A model generated the notes under the pieces. It had not been told where the DNA came from, searched no databases, and saw only the letters and a list, made by a program, of their open reading frames with translations. The position numbers were made by a program, and so were the translations under genes. DNA of 64,000 bases from Oikopleura dioica. Taxonomy: Eukaryota; Animalia; Chordata. Of the stretch, positions 37,172 to 50,037 are shown piece after piece (within the stretch, counting starts at the first letter, position 1; each line of letters starts with the position of its first letter). The stretch spans positions 2,542,001-2,606,000 of the forward strand of contig OU015568.1 in assembly GCA_907165135.1 (NCBI GenBank), given 5' to 3'.

Positions 37172-40100
37172 TTATACAGAATGGATCTTTTTACAGGCTC
37201 CGCGTCCAAAGTTTCGATTGTTTTGCATGATGAAATTCATCAAATTGAAGAATTTGTGATTCCAAGCCGCGTCACAGTGGTTTTTAAGATGGTCGAAAAG
37301 CTGTTCGATTCGCTGGATTTTCTGGCACTGCGGCTCGTTTTCCGGGAAATGGAGCAGATGACAAGGGATAGCGTCGATTTTGGCCTGGTGGCAGTTCCAG
37401 TGCGGCACAGTTAGATCCCTTATTTTCTCCATTTCCTCGATAATCGCAGCGAAATAGCTTTGAATTTTGATCGAGTATTTTGGAAACTTAAATTTTTTTC
37501 GAAATATCGGTCAAAATTGACAAATTCCAAGTCGAAAATTTGCACAATCCAGATTCTTCGTATTTTGAAAAGTGGGAGTTTTGAAAACTTCTAGCGGCAA
37601 AATTCCCTTCTGGATGACATGAAACACCATCGCCTTGAAATCCAGGTTCACAGACGCATTTGAAGCTGCCGGGAGTATTGATGCATTTTGCATTTTCGCA
37701 GCAGTTGTCAGTTCCAATAGAGCACTCATCTATGTCTTCACATTCGCTGAAATTTTTGAAGACTTGAATTTTCATGACAATTATTATTTACCCCGATGAG
37801 CTAAGAGCATGTCTATGTTGATTGCAAATGCAAGTCCCATCGTCGCAAGTTGAGCTGGAAGGGCACTTATGGCAGGCTTTTTCGGTTATCATTCTTTCTA
37901 ACTTGAGAGCTTAGATTCTAAGCCTAAGAAACCATAACTATTGTATATTTATGAATAATTTCCGTTTTTTTAGGATTAAACTTCCGAATTTAGCTTTTGA
38001 TGGTGAGCCTTAGCGTGACGCCCTTGAGTTTGCTTTGATTTGTCACGTGACTAAATTAAAAAAAAGGATAACTTCTCTTTCGGTTTTCTACAGAAGAATC
38101 CATCGCCTACATAATCATCTTGGCACTTACACCTTTGAGCACTAAAATAATGATAGGAGGATCAACTGGGGCGCAAATAGAATCTAATAATAACCTATTT
38201 TTGCAAGTCGCAAATTTATGGCAGCTAGCGCAGGGGTCGAATTTGACGCAGTGATATCCGTCGCCATGGTATCCATCGACGCACTCGCAGGTTGGATCTC
38301 CACCGAGGGATATTTTGCACTGCGCGTTTTCGGAGCAATTGTGGCGAGCGCAAGGCTCGTTTTGGAGACAGATGGTAAATCCGTCGCCGAAGTAGTCTTG
38401 ATTGCATTCGCAGGTGCATTCTCGAGAGCCAGAGATGAATGAGATTGTCTTTTTCATATTTAAGACCAAGTGATAAAAACGAGTGCTATCAAGCAAAAGA
38501 AAAGACCATAAAACAACCAATTACCAAAAATATAAGAATATTTATCGATTGTGTCGTTTTTGAAATTGATTTTCGATAATAGCAATTGATATTTATCATA
38601 AATTCCCTAACGAATTAACAAACTATTTAAAAAATAATTTTAAACCAGCTCCCTTATCCAAACATTTCCTGGTGAGCATTCTCCGCACATTTTAACCCTG
38701 CACAGGGATCCAAAGATCTGGGCTTCTGACAAACAAAACCATTTCCAACGAATCCGTCATTGCAGACGCAATCATAATCATCTTGCGCTAAAACGTTTTC
38801 TTTCTCGACACATTTGGCTTCTTCATCGCAATTGTGATTTTTGCAAGGATCCAGTTTTTCGCAAGAAAAGCCATCTCCAAAGAAGCCTAGGTTACAGGAG
38901 CAACTGTAGTTGACATCGTGGCCGAAGATGGAAGAGGTACATTTCGCGTTTTTCGAGCAGCCTCCGTTTCTAACAAGACAGGGGTCTTTCGGAACGCATC
39001 TTTCTAATTTTCCGACTAAATTTCGGTCGTCGATGAAGCCATCTCTGCAAATGCATTTTGCGCGATTTTGGTTTCCAGTTACGCAATCAGAAAAAGTAGG
39101 ACATTCGACAGTCGCGCATGAATCAATTTGTACACATTCTATGTGCCCATTGCCAGTGAAGCCTGGAATGCACTCGCAATCGTAGCCATACTTGAGATCG
39201 ACGCAGTTGGAGTTGTCAACACACTTGTGTTCGCCGGTGAGGCACTCGTTAACTGGGCAGATGACTGAGTCGTGGAAACGGGTGATCCAGTCGTCCCATT
39301 TTATTCTAGAAAAAAATCATAAATCTTAAAGAGAAGAAAGTGAAGAAATCGTAGCACTGTATCTTGAGTTACCTGTAATTCATATCGCAGGTTTCAAAAA
39401 CCTGCCTCGTCAGCTTTGTCACGTGAGAGAAAAGATCCTCTGGCGTCATTCTCTTGGCTCTGAAGACATTCAGAAACTCGCAAGAAATCTCGACTGCGCT
39501 TGGGCTGCATGTGACCCAGGAGCGCTCAGTTGAAATATTCGATAATAGCTGAAGTTCTGAGGAGAGGATTTCGAGGTGTTCTCTTGCGTCTTGTGGGGAG
39601 CAAAGATCTTGAATCTTCGATGTCACGTCAGAAAGAGAGCAAAGCTCGAATGCTTCGATTGCGCACTTTTCTCCATCGTTTCCCAAGTCGCAATTCTTTT
39701 TCATGCGGCAAGAAAAACCATCTCCGTCAAAACCACTTTCACATTCGCAGTCAAAACCGTCAGCCAAATCGATGCATTTTGCGTTTTCGGAGCAAGTATG
39801 CAATCCTTGAGCGCATTCATTAATGCTCTGTCTGCAAACTCGCCCGTTTCCATGAAACCCTTCTTCAGTCTTGCAGTCACATTTGTATCCATTTATCAAA
39901 TCAATGCATTTCGCATTTGCATCACATTCATGAGTGCCCAAAATGCATTCGTTCACCGGCGCCGCGCAGTGATAGCCATTTCCGAAAAATCCGCTTTTGC
40001 AAGAGCAATCGTATCCTCCTTGGCGGTCTTCGCATGTCGCGTTCTCGTGGCATCGATGAGAACCGTCCTTACACTCGTCGATTTCCTTCTCGCATTTGAC

Positions 40101-43100
40101 GCCATTGCCGAAATATCCTTTCTTGCATGTGCATGCGAAATTGTCGCCGATGTCCTTGCAAAGAGCATTTTCGGAGCAAGGGTTTGCATCACAGGGCTTG
40201 GGTTCTAGAATTGCATGATAAAGATAAATGAAAACCATAAAAAGTTATTTTTGTTCGAGAGTTTGGGCTAAAGAGAATTAAGTTCATTCGAGATTCCTCT
40301 TAAATATAATCATCCATTGCTCTAGCAAAAAGTGCGCAGTTGCGGTGACGAAGAGTTACCTGGCTTACAAGCTGACTTCAATAATTTTTTCTTCAATCTT
40401 GAAAACTTCGCGTTCCAAAACTTATTGCATTTATCTCCGACACTCTGCAAAAGTGTTCCTAGTCGTTGACTCCATTCGCAAGCATCTTCATCCAACGAGT
40501 GGTCCACCAGCTTGCACCCCACATTTCCCGCTTCCACAGAACAAGAAGATGTCCTAAACAAACTGATCTCCCCAAGCCGTGTTAGTTCCGCGGTGATCGC
40601 TTTCCAGGTAAAAACTGCTTCTTGCGGCGCATGAGCGGATTCAAACGCGACTTTTTCAAAATCACCGTTTGTGAACTCGCCATAGTGAGCCAAGTTGCAA
40701 GTTCCTTTATCAGATCTATACGAATGTTGGCATTTCGTTCCGTCCCCATAAACATCTCTGTACTGTTCCTTGCAGACGCACTTGAACCCGTCCAAAAGAT
40801 CGATACAATTTGCATTCCCGGAGCAATTGTGCTGTGAGAGGGCACATTCGTTGACTTTTGCCAAGCAGGTGCCATTTTGGCTAGGAAAGTAGCCTGAATT
40901 GCAAGTGCAAAGAGCAAGGGACGAGTCGCATGATGTGTTTGGCTCGGTGCATTTGATTGTATCGCAAGGATCTTTAAAAAGTCAAAAATAAGGGCAAAAT
41001 TCTAGCTTAGAGAAAACTCAAAGTTTATACAACTTTATGGTTGACTGCGCATGTTTTGGGCCGGGATAGGAATTTTCCTCCTTTTAGACCAACATTGCTG
41101 AAGATGATAAAATAAGAGACGTAAAATCCTCATTTCTTTGGCAAAATGAAGTCACTGGTTAAAATGAAGAGAAAGGAAGACACTTCGTAGTTTATTTCGA
41201 ACGAAATAAAAAAATGATTATTTTCAACTTTGACAATTTAATATTGTCAATTTTCATTAAAATTTACAACATTTTACTAAATAAAAACAAAATATTGACC
41301 ATTCCTATTTGTTTACATCCCCTCAATGTATTTTCATCGGGTATGAATCCGTCCAAGCATTTGCATCGATATCCTTCGCACAAGTTTTCGCACTCCGTAT
41401 TCTTTCCGCAAGCATAGGGATTTTTATCGCACTGATTTTCATCGCATTCTGGGACGCATTTTCCAGCTTCTTTTTTGAAGCCTTTTTTACATTTGCACTC
41501 AAAGCCAGAGCATTTATTGATGCAGATGGAGTTTTTTGGACAGGCATTTTTCTTGCGACACTTTTATTGGTTAAAAATTTTTGAATAATGAGCCCTTTAG
41601 AACAGAGAACTATCATTTGAAAATCAGTAAAATTAATATTTCAACCAGGACTGATTTGCATCACAACATTTCCCTTTGAGCAAACTTGTCCCTTTCGGAC
41701 ATGAGCACTCGAAGCCGACGCATAGTTGTGTGCATACTTGTCCTCCTTTGCATGGATTTTTTGCACACTGCTTTTCGTCACACTCTTGAACGCACTCCTT
41801 TGTTAGAGGGTCTTTGATAAACCCGTCGTTACAGGAGCAAGAAATTTCAGCGCAGTCGGCGCTGCAAGAAGAATTTGGAGGGCAAGAGTAGGCGTCGCAC
41901 GAAGCCGTGCAGATTTCTTCGCATTTTCCGTCCTTCATCTTATATCCTTCTTCGCACTCACATGATACATCATTGCAATTAGCTTTGCAAGTTGAGTTCG
42001 CAGGACAAGATTGAGGAGTGCAACTTGCCGTGCAAATTTCGACACACTCACCGTATGCCATTTTGTATCCGGGTCTGCATTTGCAGGTTATTTCGTTGCA
42101 TTTTTCTTCGCAGTCGGAGTTCAAAGGGCAGGACGTTTCGCTACAAGATGCACTGCAAATTGGCACGCATTTGCCATTTTTCATTTCGAATCCATCATCA
42201 CAAGTGCATTCGACTTTTGTGCAGTTTTGCGTGCAGGTCGAGTTTTCTGGACACGAATATTCATTGCATTCAGCATCGCATATTCTTTCACATTTTCCAT
42301 CTTTCATTTCAAATCCTTCGTTACATTCACAAGAAATCTTCGTGCATCCTTTTTTGCAAGTCGAGTTCTCCGGACAGCTATCGCTCTTGCATACTGCGTT
42401 GCAGACGGGCACGCATTGGTTAAGATAATTCTTCCGGAAACCTTCCTCGCAGATGCATTTGAATCCAGGGCAAGTCTTTTTACAGATACTGTATTCTCCG
42501 CAAACTGATTGGCTCATTTTGCATGGGTCGTGCATCAGATCGCATTCTGGAACACATTTTCCTTGATGAAGCAAAAATCCTTTTGGACACTTGCAGACGT
42601 ATCCTTTACACTTGTTGAAGCATTTGCCGGTATCACCACAGATGTCTTCGTCCTCGCACTGATCACCATCGCATTCGGGAACACACTGGCCATTGAACCA
42701 GTAGTATCCCGGGTAACATTCGCATTTGTACTCGTTGCATAAGTTTGTGCATTTTGAATTTCCAGGACATGGATTGCTAGATTTGCATTGATCTTCATCG
42801 CATTTTTCAACGCAAAAGCCGTACTTATCCTTTTCTTGCCCTTTCGGGCAGTTGCATTTTGCCCCGAGGGGTGTGTCTGAACAGATTTCTTCACCAACAC
42901 ATTTGAAGGTTTTTGCTGCACAAGTCGGTACACACTCTTCTTCCACCATTTTGAAGAAGTCTTGGCAAATGCAAGAGAAGCCTTTTTCTGATTTTTGACA
43001 GACTCGCCCCTCAGGGCATGTTATTGAGCTACAGGGATCGATAATAACCTCATACGGAGTTTTTGCAGGGGATGTTCCTAGCGCCAAAGGATAAGCCTCT

Positions 43101-43690
43101 TCAAGACTAGTTGAATATGGACTGGATTGAAATTCAGCAGACGCCAAAGAATCTCCATTAGTTCCCAACCAGAAGTCATCCTTGTTTTGATACTTTGATG
43201 GCCCAAGAATGATGGATTCAATTTCCAATAGGATGCTGTACCAAGAGGAACAGAAATCGGAGTCTTTGCATTTGCAGCAAATTTCGTCGATGATTTCGCC
43301 AAGTCGGATAATGGAGTCTTCGTTTGTCAGGTCATAGAAATCGAGAAGCTTGCATGATATACGTGGGGGACTTTTAGACGGCTCATAAGTGGAGACCAGT
43401 GAGTCTGAAGATGATCGGAAAATTGAGTCAAGTTAAAAGGAACCTGAAAATATTTATTACTCACACGAAAACTATCTTTCTGGTGTCCGGTTATAAAAAA
43501 ATGAACCGTTTCCTGAAAGTGTGGCATTGATTTCTAAACTGTCTAAAATCCTCATTAACCGTTGCCATTGACTGAGTCAATTGTTTCCAAAGAGAGACTG
43601 CCTCTTCCGGCCCGTAAAATTGATTATCCGAAGATTGTATCGTCTTGAAGGAACATGTCCCTAGCCTTTTTCCGAAGCCTTTTTTCACGA
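37172..43690 (-). CDS. Large secreted multi-EGF (cbEGF-rich) extracellular protein with four copies of an unnamed Cys/helical domain
   Basis: Many (D/E)x(D/N)EC..G.H.C..NA.C.D...G(Y/F).C.C..G(F/Y).G.G..C repeats, an array of 8-Cys EGF variants in ORF 41633-43228, and no TM. The 5' end may join the CUB exons at 44060-44573. Confidence 0.85.
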
Positions 43691-43829
43691 TGAAGAAATA
43701 AGAATCGATTCTTTAATGATTGATAAGCAAGATGACAATCAACGCTTATACCTTGTAACTGTCATTTTGGATAATTAATTTGAAAACTTTGTCTTATAAA
43801 AAGCAATAGCTATGGCATTTTCGTAGAAG

Positions 43830-44051
43830 ATGAATTTTCTTAAAATCGCTTTTGTTTTGCTATTCGTTCAAGCCGCCAGTAGAGAACCAGGTGAGGTTTT
43901 CTTTTTAATTATTGCTACGTTAAAGCTTAAAGTTGATGTCTGTTATCGAAAATGCATGGCAGCGAATTCCCAATACGGCCAACCTGGGAACAAAGATCTT
44001 CCAGCAAACGAAGATGCATTTATCGAAGAGCTCTTTGGTTATTTAAAATGA
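43830..44051 (+). CDS. Small secreted peptide (~59 aa), 2 exons
   Basis: MNFLKIAFVLLFVQAA signal peptide, a GT-AG intron (gtgagg...ttaaag), then VDVCYRKCMAANSQYG...ELFGYLK. Confidence 0.6.
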   Translation: MNFLKIAFVLLFVQAASREPGEVFFLIIATLKLKVDVCYRKCMAANSQYGQPGNKDLPANEDAFIEELFGYLK

Positions 44052-44059
44052 AAATTTCT

Positions 44060-44573
44060 TCACCATGTTCCTAAATTAAATCCAAAACTGATCGGAATCG
44101 CCTCGTTTCCAGTATTTTGAATGACAACATCGATCTCATCCCCTTCATATCGCTGACCGACCAGCTGATTTTGCTCCTCGACTGAGCGTTTCAGTCGAGA
44201 ATGAGTGGAGTTTCGGCAGAAGGGGCCTTCTTGACGCGTTTTCGAATAAATCCAAAGATGTCCTTTATCGCAGGAAATAGGGAAATCGGCAGTGAAAAAC
44301 TCAACCTCGTCGAATCTGCTTCCGAGAAGACGGTATATACAGGCATCGTTGGGGCTGAAATACAGCCAGTTGTAATTTTCTCTCACCCGATGTATCTTAC
44401 CGAAGATTGATGACTTGAAAGACAGTTTCATTCTTATAACTTCTTCCACAAATTCTCTTCACTCCTGATTTTCTCTTTGTTCTGCTCAGAGTAACTGCAT
44501 TATTTCCGAAAACAATCTCGATGACAAAAAAGTAGACGAGCAAAAATATCCATTCTGAGCTTTTGCTTTTCAT
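44060..44573 (-). CDS. Signal peptide plus CUB-like domain (separate gene or 5' end of the multi-EGF gene)
   Basis: MKSKSSEWIFLLVYFFVIEIVFG signal, ICG..., PNDACIYRL...F..C.KG.L.I....EGPFC, and an RLKR furin-type site. Confidence 0.65.
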
Positions 44574-44959
44574 TTCTTGAGAAAATATAAAAAATATTTA
44601 CAAGTCTTGGTTTGTACGTCTTCTGATATGGAGCTCAACTCTATCAAATGAAGAGGTTGGTTATCGGATTAGAAGATTTTTGATTGTGAAATTTGAAATT
44701 TCGCGGCCTTGACCACCAATGCGTGAGGCGCAATGCCGATAACGTGAACAAGACAATTAAGAGCCTCATTAGCGAGGCCCAGCGCATTCTTTTTTGGTAT
44801 AATCACTTGTCTGAGCGGGGAAAAAATGATGTAATTAGCTTGATTCATGATTTTTTAAAAAATAATAAAAAAACCAAATGACAAGGATACGAAGTATAAT
44901 CAGATTTATTTGCAAAAAGTTATAGTGTTTCTTTTCGTCGACATTTTATAATATTTCTT

Positions 44960-46490
44960 AAATTTTTAATTTATTGAAGACAAACATCAATTTGTGAAAG
45001 TCTTGTGTCAAAGAAAATATGCACAAGGTATGGGGAAGTGAAGAAAGTCGTCCATTGCCATTGATTTGAGACAAACAAATGCAAGGATGCGTATCAAATT
45101 GTGCTGAATATAATTGTTCTAAACAAAATCAAAATTGTTAATAATGATAATTTTGGAAAAGATAAATCTCAGTTAATTTTGTTCTCTTATTTCTAAAATT
45201 ATATATTATAATTAAATTAAATAACTGGAAAGTACATACTATGATCTTGACATTGAATAGAGTTGCTTTCCCTAGCCTTGAATGTCGCTTCTGATCTGTT
45301 GGTAATTTTAAAAATGTTGCAATTGAATAAACTCATAAGATGAGTATGATCTTCTGGAACAGGTGTCTTTAATTGAAGATTGTCATTCAACCAATAGGTT
45401 TTTACATTTTCAATTCTGTATCCTAACCAATATCTCGTTCCTACACAATTGGGGGTTTGTTGAAGTTCCTTCACGCAGTTAGCCTGCTCCATATTTCCTA
45501 ATTATAAATTTAAATGTCCGAATTGGTAAGTTATATCGGCTGATTCTCGTTGCAAATATCTTCTTTTTTACCTAACTGAAGAGGTTTATCATTATTCGTT
45601 ACGCAAAGATCAACACATTCGCCAAAGGTTATTTTCTCGCCGGCTTTGCAGTTGAATCTTTTTTATAATAACATGGCCATTTTTTGTATTCTTACCCACT
45701 AGGAATATCGCATATAAATTGCCTTGGTGTTGTTGTTGTCGGTATTATTGTCGGTGTTGTTGTTGATGTTGTTGTCGATGTTGTCGATGTTGTTGTCGGT
45801 GTTGTTGTAGGCGTTGTTGTTGATGTTGTCGGTGTTGATGTGGGTGTTAATGTGGGTGTTGGTGTCGATGTTTTCGGTGTTGTTGTCGGTGTCGTTGTCG
45901 GTGTTTGTGTCGATGTCGTCGGTTTTGTTGTCGATATTGTCGTCGTTGATGTCCCGGTTGATGCTAGCGTTGGTGCAGTTGTTCCCGTTGTTGGTAAGGA
46001 ATTCGTCGTTGACGACAATGTTTTAGTTTTTGAAGTTACTGTTGTCGTCGATGATGTTGATGATGCAAAAAATGTCTTTGTTGTTCTTAAGTCTAGTAAG
46101 ATTTTAAAATTTTTATGAGAAAACAATTTTTTACCATAACTTTGACTTGTTGTTGTGATTGTTGATGTATTTTCGATAGAACACTCGATTTTGCAAGCTT
46201 TGAATTATTTAAATAATGTTTTTCTATCGGTAAGATCTTACATTCAAACATATCAAGGCAAATTGACTGACAATACTGACTTTCACATAGAAGATTGCAG
46301 GAATTTTTCTCTGATCTACAGGCATTCTGACAATTGTCAGCCTTCTTCAAATACAATGGATTTGTGATGACAATTGTCACCGATAGAAGGACAACTAAAA
46401 ATAATCAAAGAATTGATAGATATCTTTGAAGAGAAGGAATATACCAATTGATATAAGAAGCTTGCGAATCCTTGTGTTTTTATCTCTCAT
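44960..46490 (-). CDS. Signal-anchored protein: Cys-rich helical module, Thr-rich mucin stalk, divergent C-type-lectin-like C-terminus
   Basis: RKLLISIVVLLSVTIVI anchor, CQNACRSEKNSCNLLCESQYCQSICLDMFE, the Thr/Pro ORF 45692-46126, and RYWLGYRIE..YWLND. The 3' exons are uncertain. Confidence 0.7.
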
Positions 46491-47203
46491 TTAATATTAT
46501 AAAAAAATGCAGGCAAAGTTTTCTTCAAAGAGACTGTTTATTCAAGATACGTTCGATATTGATGAGTTGCCGTGATGATATTGTCAATCTTGCTGACTTT
46601 CTTCAAAAATGGTCAAAAAGGAATTGTTTTATTTTTTCGTGATAAATGACAGGTAGATTCGATTCGAATTGCTAGAAGGAGACAAAGCAATCATTGCTCA
46701 GATACTACTTTCAGGAAGAAACCGATATGCAAGTGTACTTGCTTGCTTTTTTCTTTTCGAAAAGAAGCGCTTAAATTCATAAGAAAATAACAATTTATCA
46801 TGTTCATAAGGTCACGATATCCGCATCTGCGCCAAAATCTTCCAATTAGCCTGTCAAGATAAAACACTTTCGCCCGAACAACATAATCTGCCCATAATTC
46901 AAAAATTTTCACCTAATCACTCTCAAATTGCCTCTCTTTCTTGTCTCCAATACATTTCGAAAAAGGATGGCGCGCGCGGGCAAAATCACTTTTTTTCCCT
47001 GAAAAAAAAAGTTGCTTCTGAATACTTTGAAAAGGTGAATCAATTTTGAAAAGTCTGAAAAGGTGAAAAAACAGAGGCCAATCAGAATAGACAAAAGCGC
47101 GCTTAGTACCTAGTTTTGACACTTTGTTCCGAGCCAAGGTCATAAAAATAGAAGCAAAAAAGAGATATCTTAAGAAGAAGACTGAAAACGAAGAAAATAG
47201 TGA

Positions 47204-49940
47204 ATGTGCTGCTTGGATGATAATTACAGAAAAAATGGGGCTTTGGCGGGACTTTTTGTTGTTGGAAACGCGCTGGCGAGTTTTTATCTGATACTGACGT
47301 TCTTGATGATAACGGACAACTTGTGCAAATATTTGCTTTTTGTGTTTTCGAGGTAAGATGCTTTATCCCTTTTTTAATAATTTAAAAAATTATTTTTTAG
47401 AATTTTTATATTTTTTCTTTTTTAACTTTTATTTTGGAATTTTCATTTCAAGATTTTCTTCCTTTTTAATAATTTGAGAAGAAGCATGAAGTCAAAAATT
47501 GGGCTCATGTCAAAGTGAGATATCAAAATTCAAAAGCGTGCCATACAAAATCAATAGCCTCAAGTGTTCTGGCCGGGAACACCCTTATGTTTCTAATTGA
47601 TCGATGAAAAATTGAATTAGTATTGAAGGACAAGCCCCATATTTTTTGGGAAACTAACAAGATTTATCAAAGAATGCACTAAAACTTAGGAAGAAATAAC
47701 TCGGGAATGCTGCTCGCCGTAAAACAGTTCATTCGAGCAATAACTCGGGATAATCAGCTGCTCATTATGGGCAATAATCCGCGCTCCGTCAGTGGACAGA
47801 CATCCGCCGCGATAAAACAACAAAAAGTCGCCATCTTTGCTGATTCGGAATCAGTGATTCCCGAGTTTTGTCATTTTAGCCTCTTATTCAAATAAAAAGG
47901 CCGTTTTCCTTCTTTCGCGCTCCTCGATTTTTATTATATAAACAAAAGTTTTTTTGAAGTTTATGTTTCTTAACCCCTCAATTTAAATTAAGCTTTTCGT
48001 TAATTATGGGTTTTCTGACGCTAATGGCAGTGGTGCGAATGTCAGAGGTGTTACGCCGCGATACGTTTCTTAGACGACTCATTTTGGCATTTATTGGAAT
48101 CGGATTTATTCTCGTGCCCGTGTGTTGCTGGAGACTTTTCAATTTCATGTCGCATATGGAAGAAATAACCGTCGGAGGAAAGGTGGCAAATGATCGATCA
48201 CTTGCTGTTTATGTTGAATTAGGAACTTGGGATCGAAATTATAGAACGGTTTTTCTAGCGCTTGCCCTTTTTATTTTGATCTCTTTGCAGGCCTTCTGAT
48301 CTTCCATGGAATCCTAAGCTGCTTCATCGTCTGCTCAATTCACGAAGCAAAGCAAACGCGCCATTACTTTGAGCGAGAAGCCAAGTACAACTACGTAGAG
48401 AACACTCAAACAGGGAATTCCGAGCGATTTCTGACAGCAGGTAGCGGCGCTTGCTCCCCAAACGGGTCAAATCTAAGCACGGCCGCACTGTCACGCATGA
48501 GACACGGGGGTTATCTGCATGAAAGGGACGGTGACAAAAAGCACCACCACAACCATCATCACCGGCATCAGCGCCATCACCACAAGAGGACTAAGCATGA
48601 ACGGGAGTTTTTGTATGTTCACCAGGGTAGGTAGACTGATGGTGGTGAACCATAAAAGAGCACTTGTAATGTAGGAAATTATCAAGAATATATACTTAAT
48701 TATCTTTTCAAAACTTATTTAGCCGTGAAGGGAGGTCCTCTCGTAGACGACGAAGAGGGTTCCAATGCAAGCTATGATCTTGATGATCCGGAAAGACGAG
48801 GAAGTGACGAGAATGAAGAATATTCCGATGGAATGGTTTCAGAAGAATCTGTCAATAGCGAAAAACATGTAATCGCGATTCTTTCGACAAATAAATCTAT
48901 GCCAATTTTTAAGTTGACAAGGGAAGAAATGCGACAAAGAGGACTTCTAGCGATGAAACAAAAAAGAGGACTTGGCCGCCGAGGGAGTGAGGACTCTGAC
49001 TTTTACGACGAAGAAAAAGAATCGTACGCGTAAGTGAAGTCGGAAATGACTTGTCAGGAGAAAAAAGTCGCCAGATGAACTTATGATTTGAAATAATCAG
49101 GTCAAAGAAACTATTTAAACGCGTCTAGATAGATTGTTTTCTATAATTTATTGTTGTTGAATTCTTTTCTAGCAGCCGAAAACGCAGTTCGGAAGGATCT
49201 TCAGCGCTCCTACTGGTCAATGATAAGACGACCAATGACAAAAGGTAGTGTTTTCCCAAAAAATCTCAAGAAATAAAAAAAAATAAGAAATCTCGCTGCA
49301 AGTCGTCAGGCAGGAATGACAAACTCTCGCGTTTCGGGCTTTTCAACTGGTCGAGGAGGAGGATATCAAGGAAGAGCCCTTCCCCGACCAGAGTCAATTG
49401 AACCGGCAGAGCTCGAGCTTGGCGCTTCTGATGATGAAGCTCGCCATTTAGGTAAAAAATGATGAAAATTCGATTATTGTATATTTTTGCTAGAATTATT
49501 GCCGAGACATTCTCGACCAAGATTTGAGTCCACCAAGTCGCAGCAAAACTAAAAAGTATAAAATACAAAAATTATTTTCGATAATTTTTTGTAAATGAAA
49601 ATTATTAATCGCACAAAAATATTCTCAATCAAATGATCACTTCTTCTATAATTTAGGCCAAATCGACCACAGCGGTAAGAAAAAGCTTGATTTTTCAAAC
49701 GTAACTTAGAAGCGCTTCCTGTAGCTGATTTGAGCCAATTTTTACGGTAAAAATGTGCTGAAAACGATTTTTTCAGAATTCATCGATTTCAAATCCGACT
49801 TTAATCGACGCTCATCAAATCGGACAAGCACGTCGAAAACACTGCCAGATTTAAATCATCCTGTGAGAGAAAAATCAAAACGTAAATCAAAACCTGTAAA
49901 AGCCTCAAAAAGAGTAGAAACGGACGAAGAAAATGAATAG
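47204..49940 (+). CDS. Multi-pass membrane protein (LAPTM-like topology) with His-rich and acidic cytoplasmic tail
   Basis: MCCL start and about four hydrophobic segments. A GA-AG intron 48223-48290 gives an in-frame join to HHHNHHHRHQRHHH. Later exons are D/E/S-rich. Confidence 0.6.
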
Positions 49941-50037
49941 GCTGCAATTTGCTCTTACTGTTAATTTTGCTCCTGCTTGTTAATAAAAGACAGACTACAG
50001 TAAAAACTCATTTATTCAAATATTAAAGAGCTCATTT

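Noticed and set aside
39530-42742. Long + strand ORFs (39576-40208, 42011-42508, 42018-42428 etc.)
   Set aside because: Antisense shadows of the Cys-rich multi-EGF exons on the minus strand.
45684-46118. Val-rich 144-aa + strand ORF that looks like a membrane protein
   Set aside because: It is the reverse complement of the Thr-rich mucin exon.
47690-47770. Short direct repeat AATAACTCGGGA...GCTGCTC in an intron
   Set aside because: Only two short copies, with no TIR/TSD or other supporting structure.
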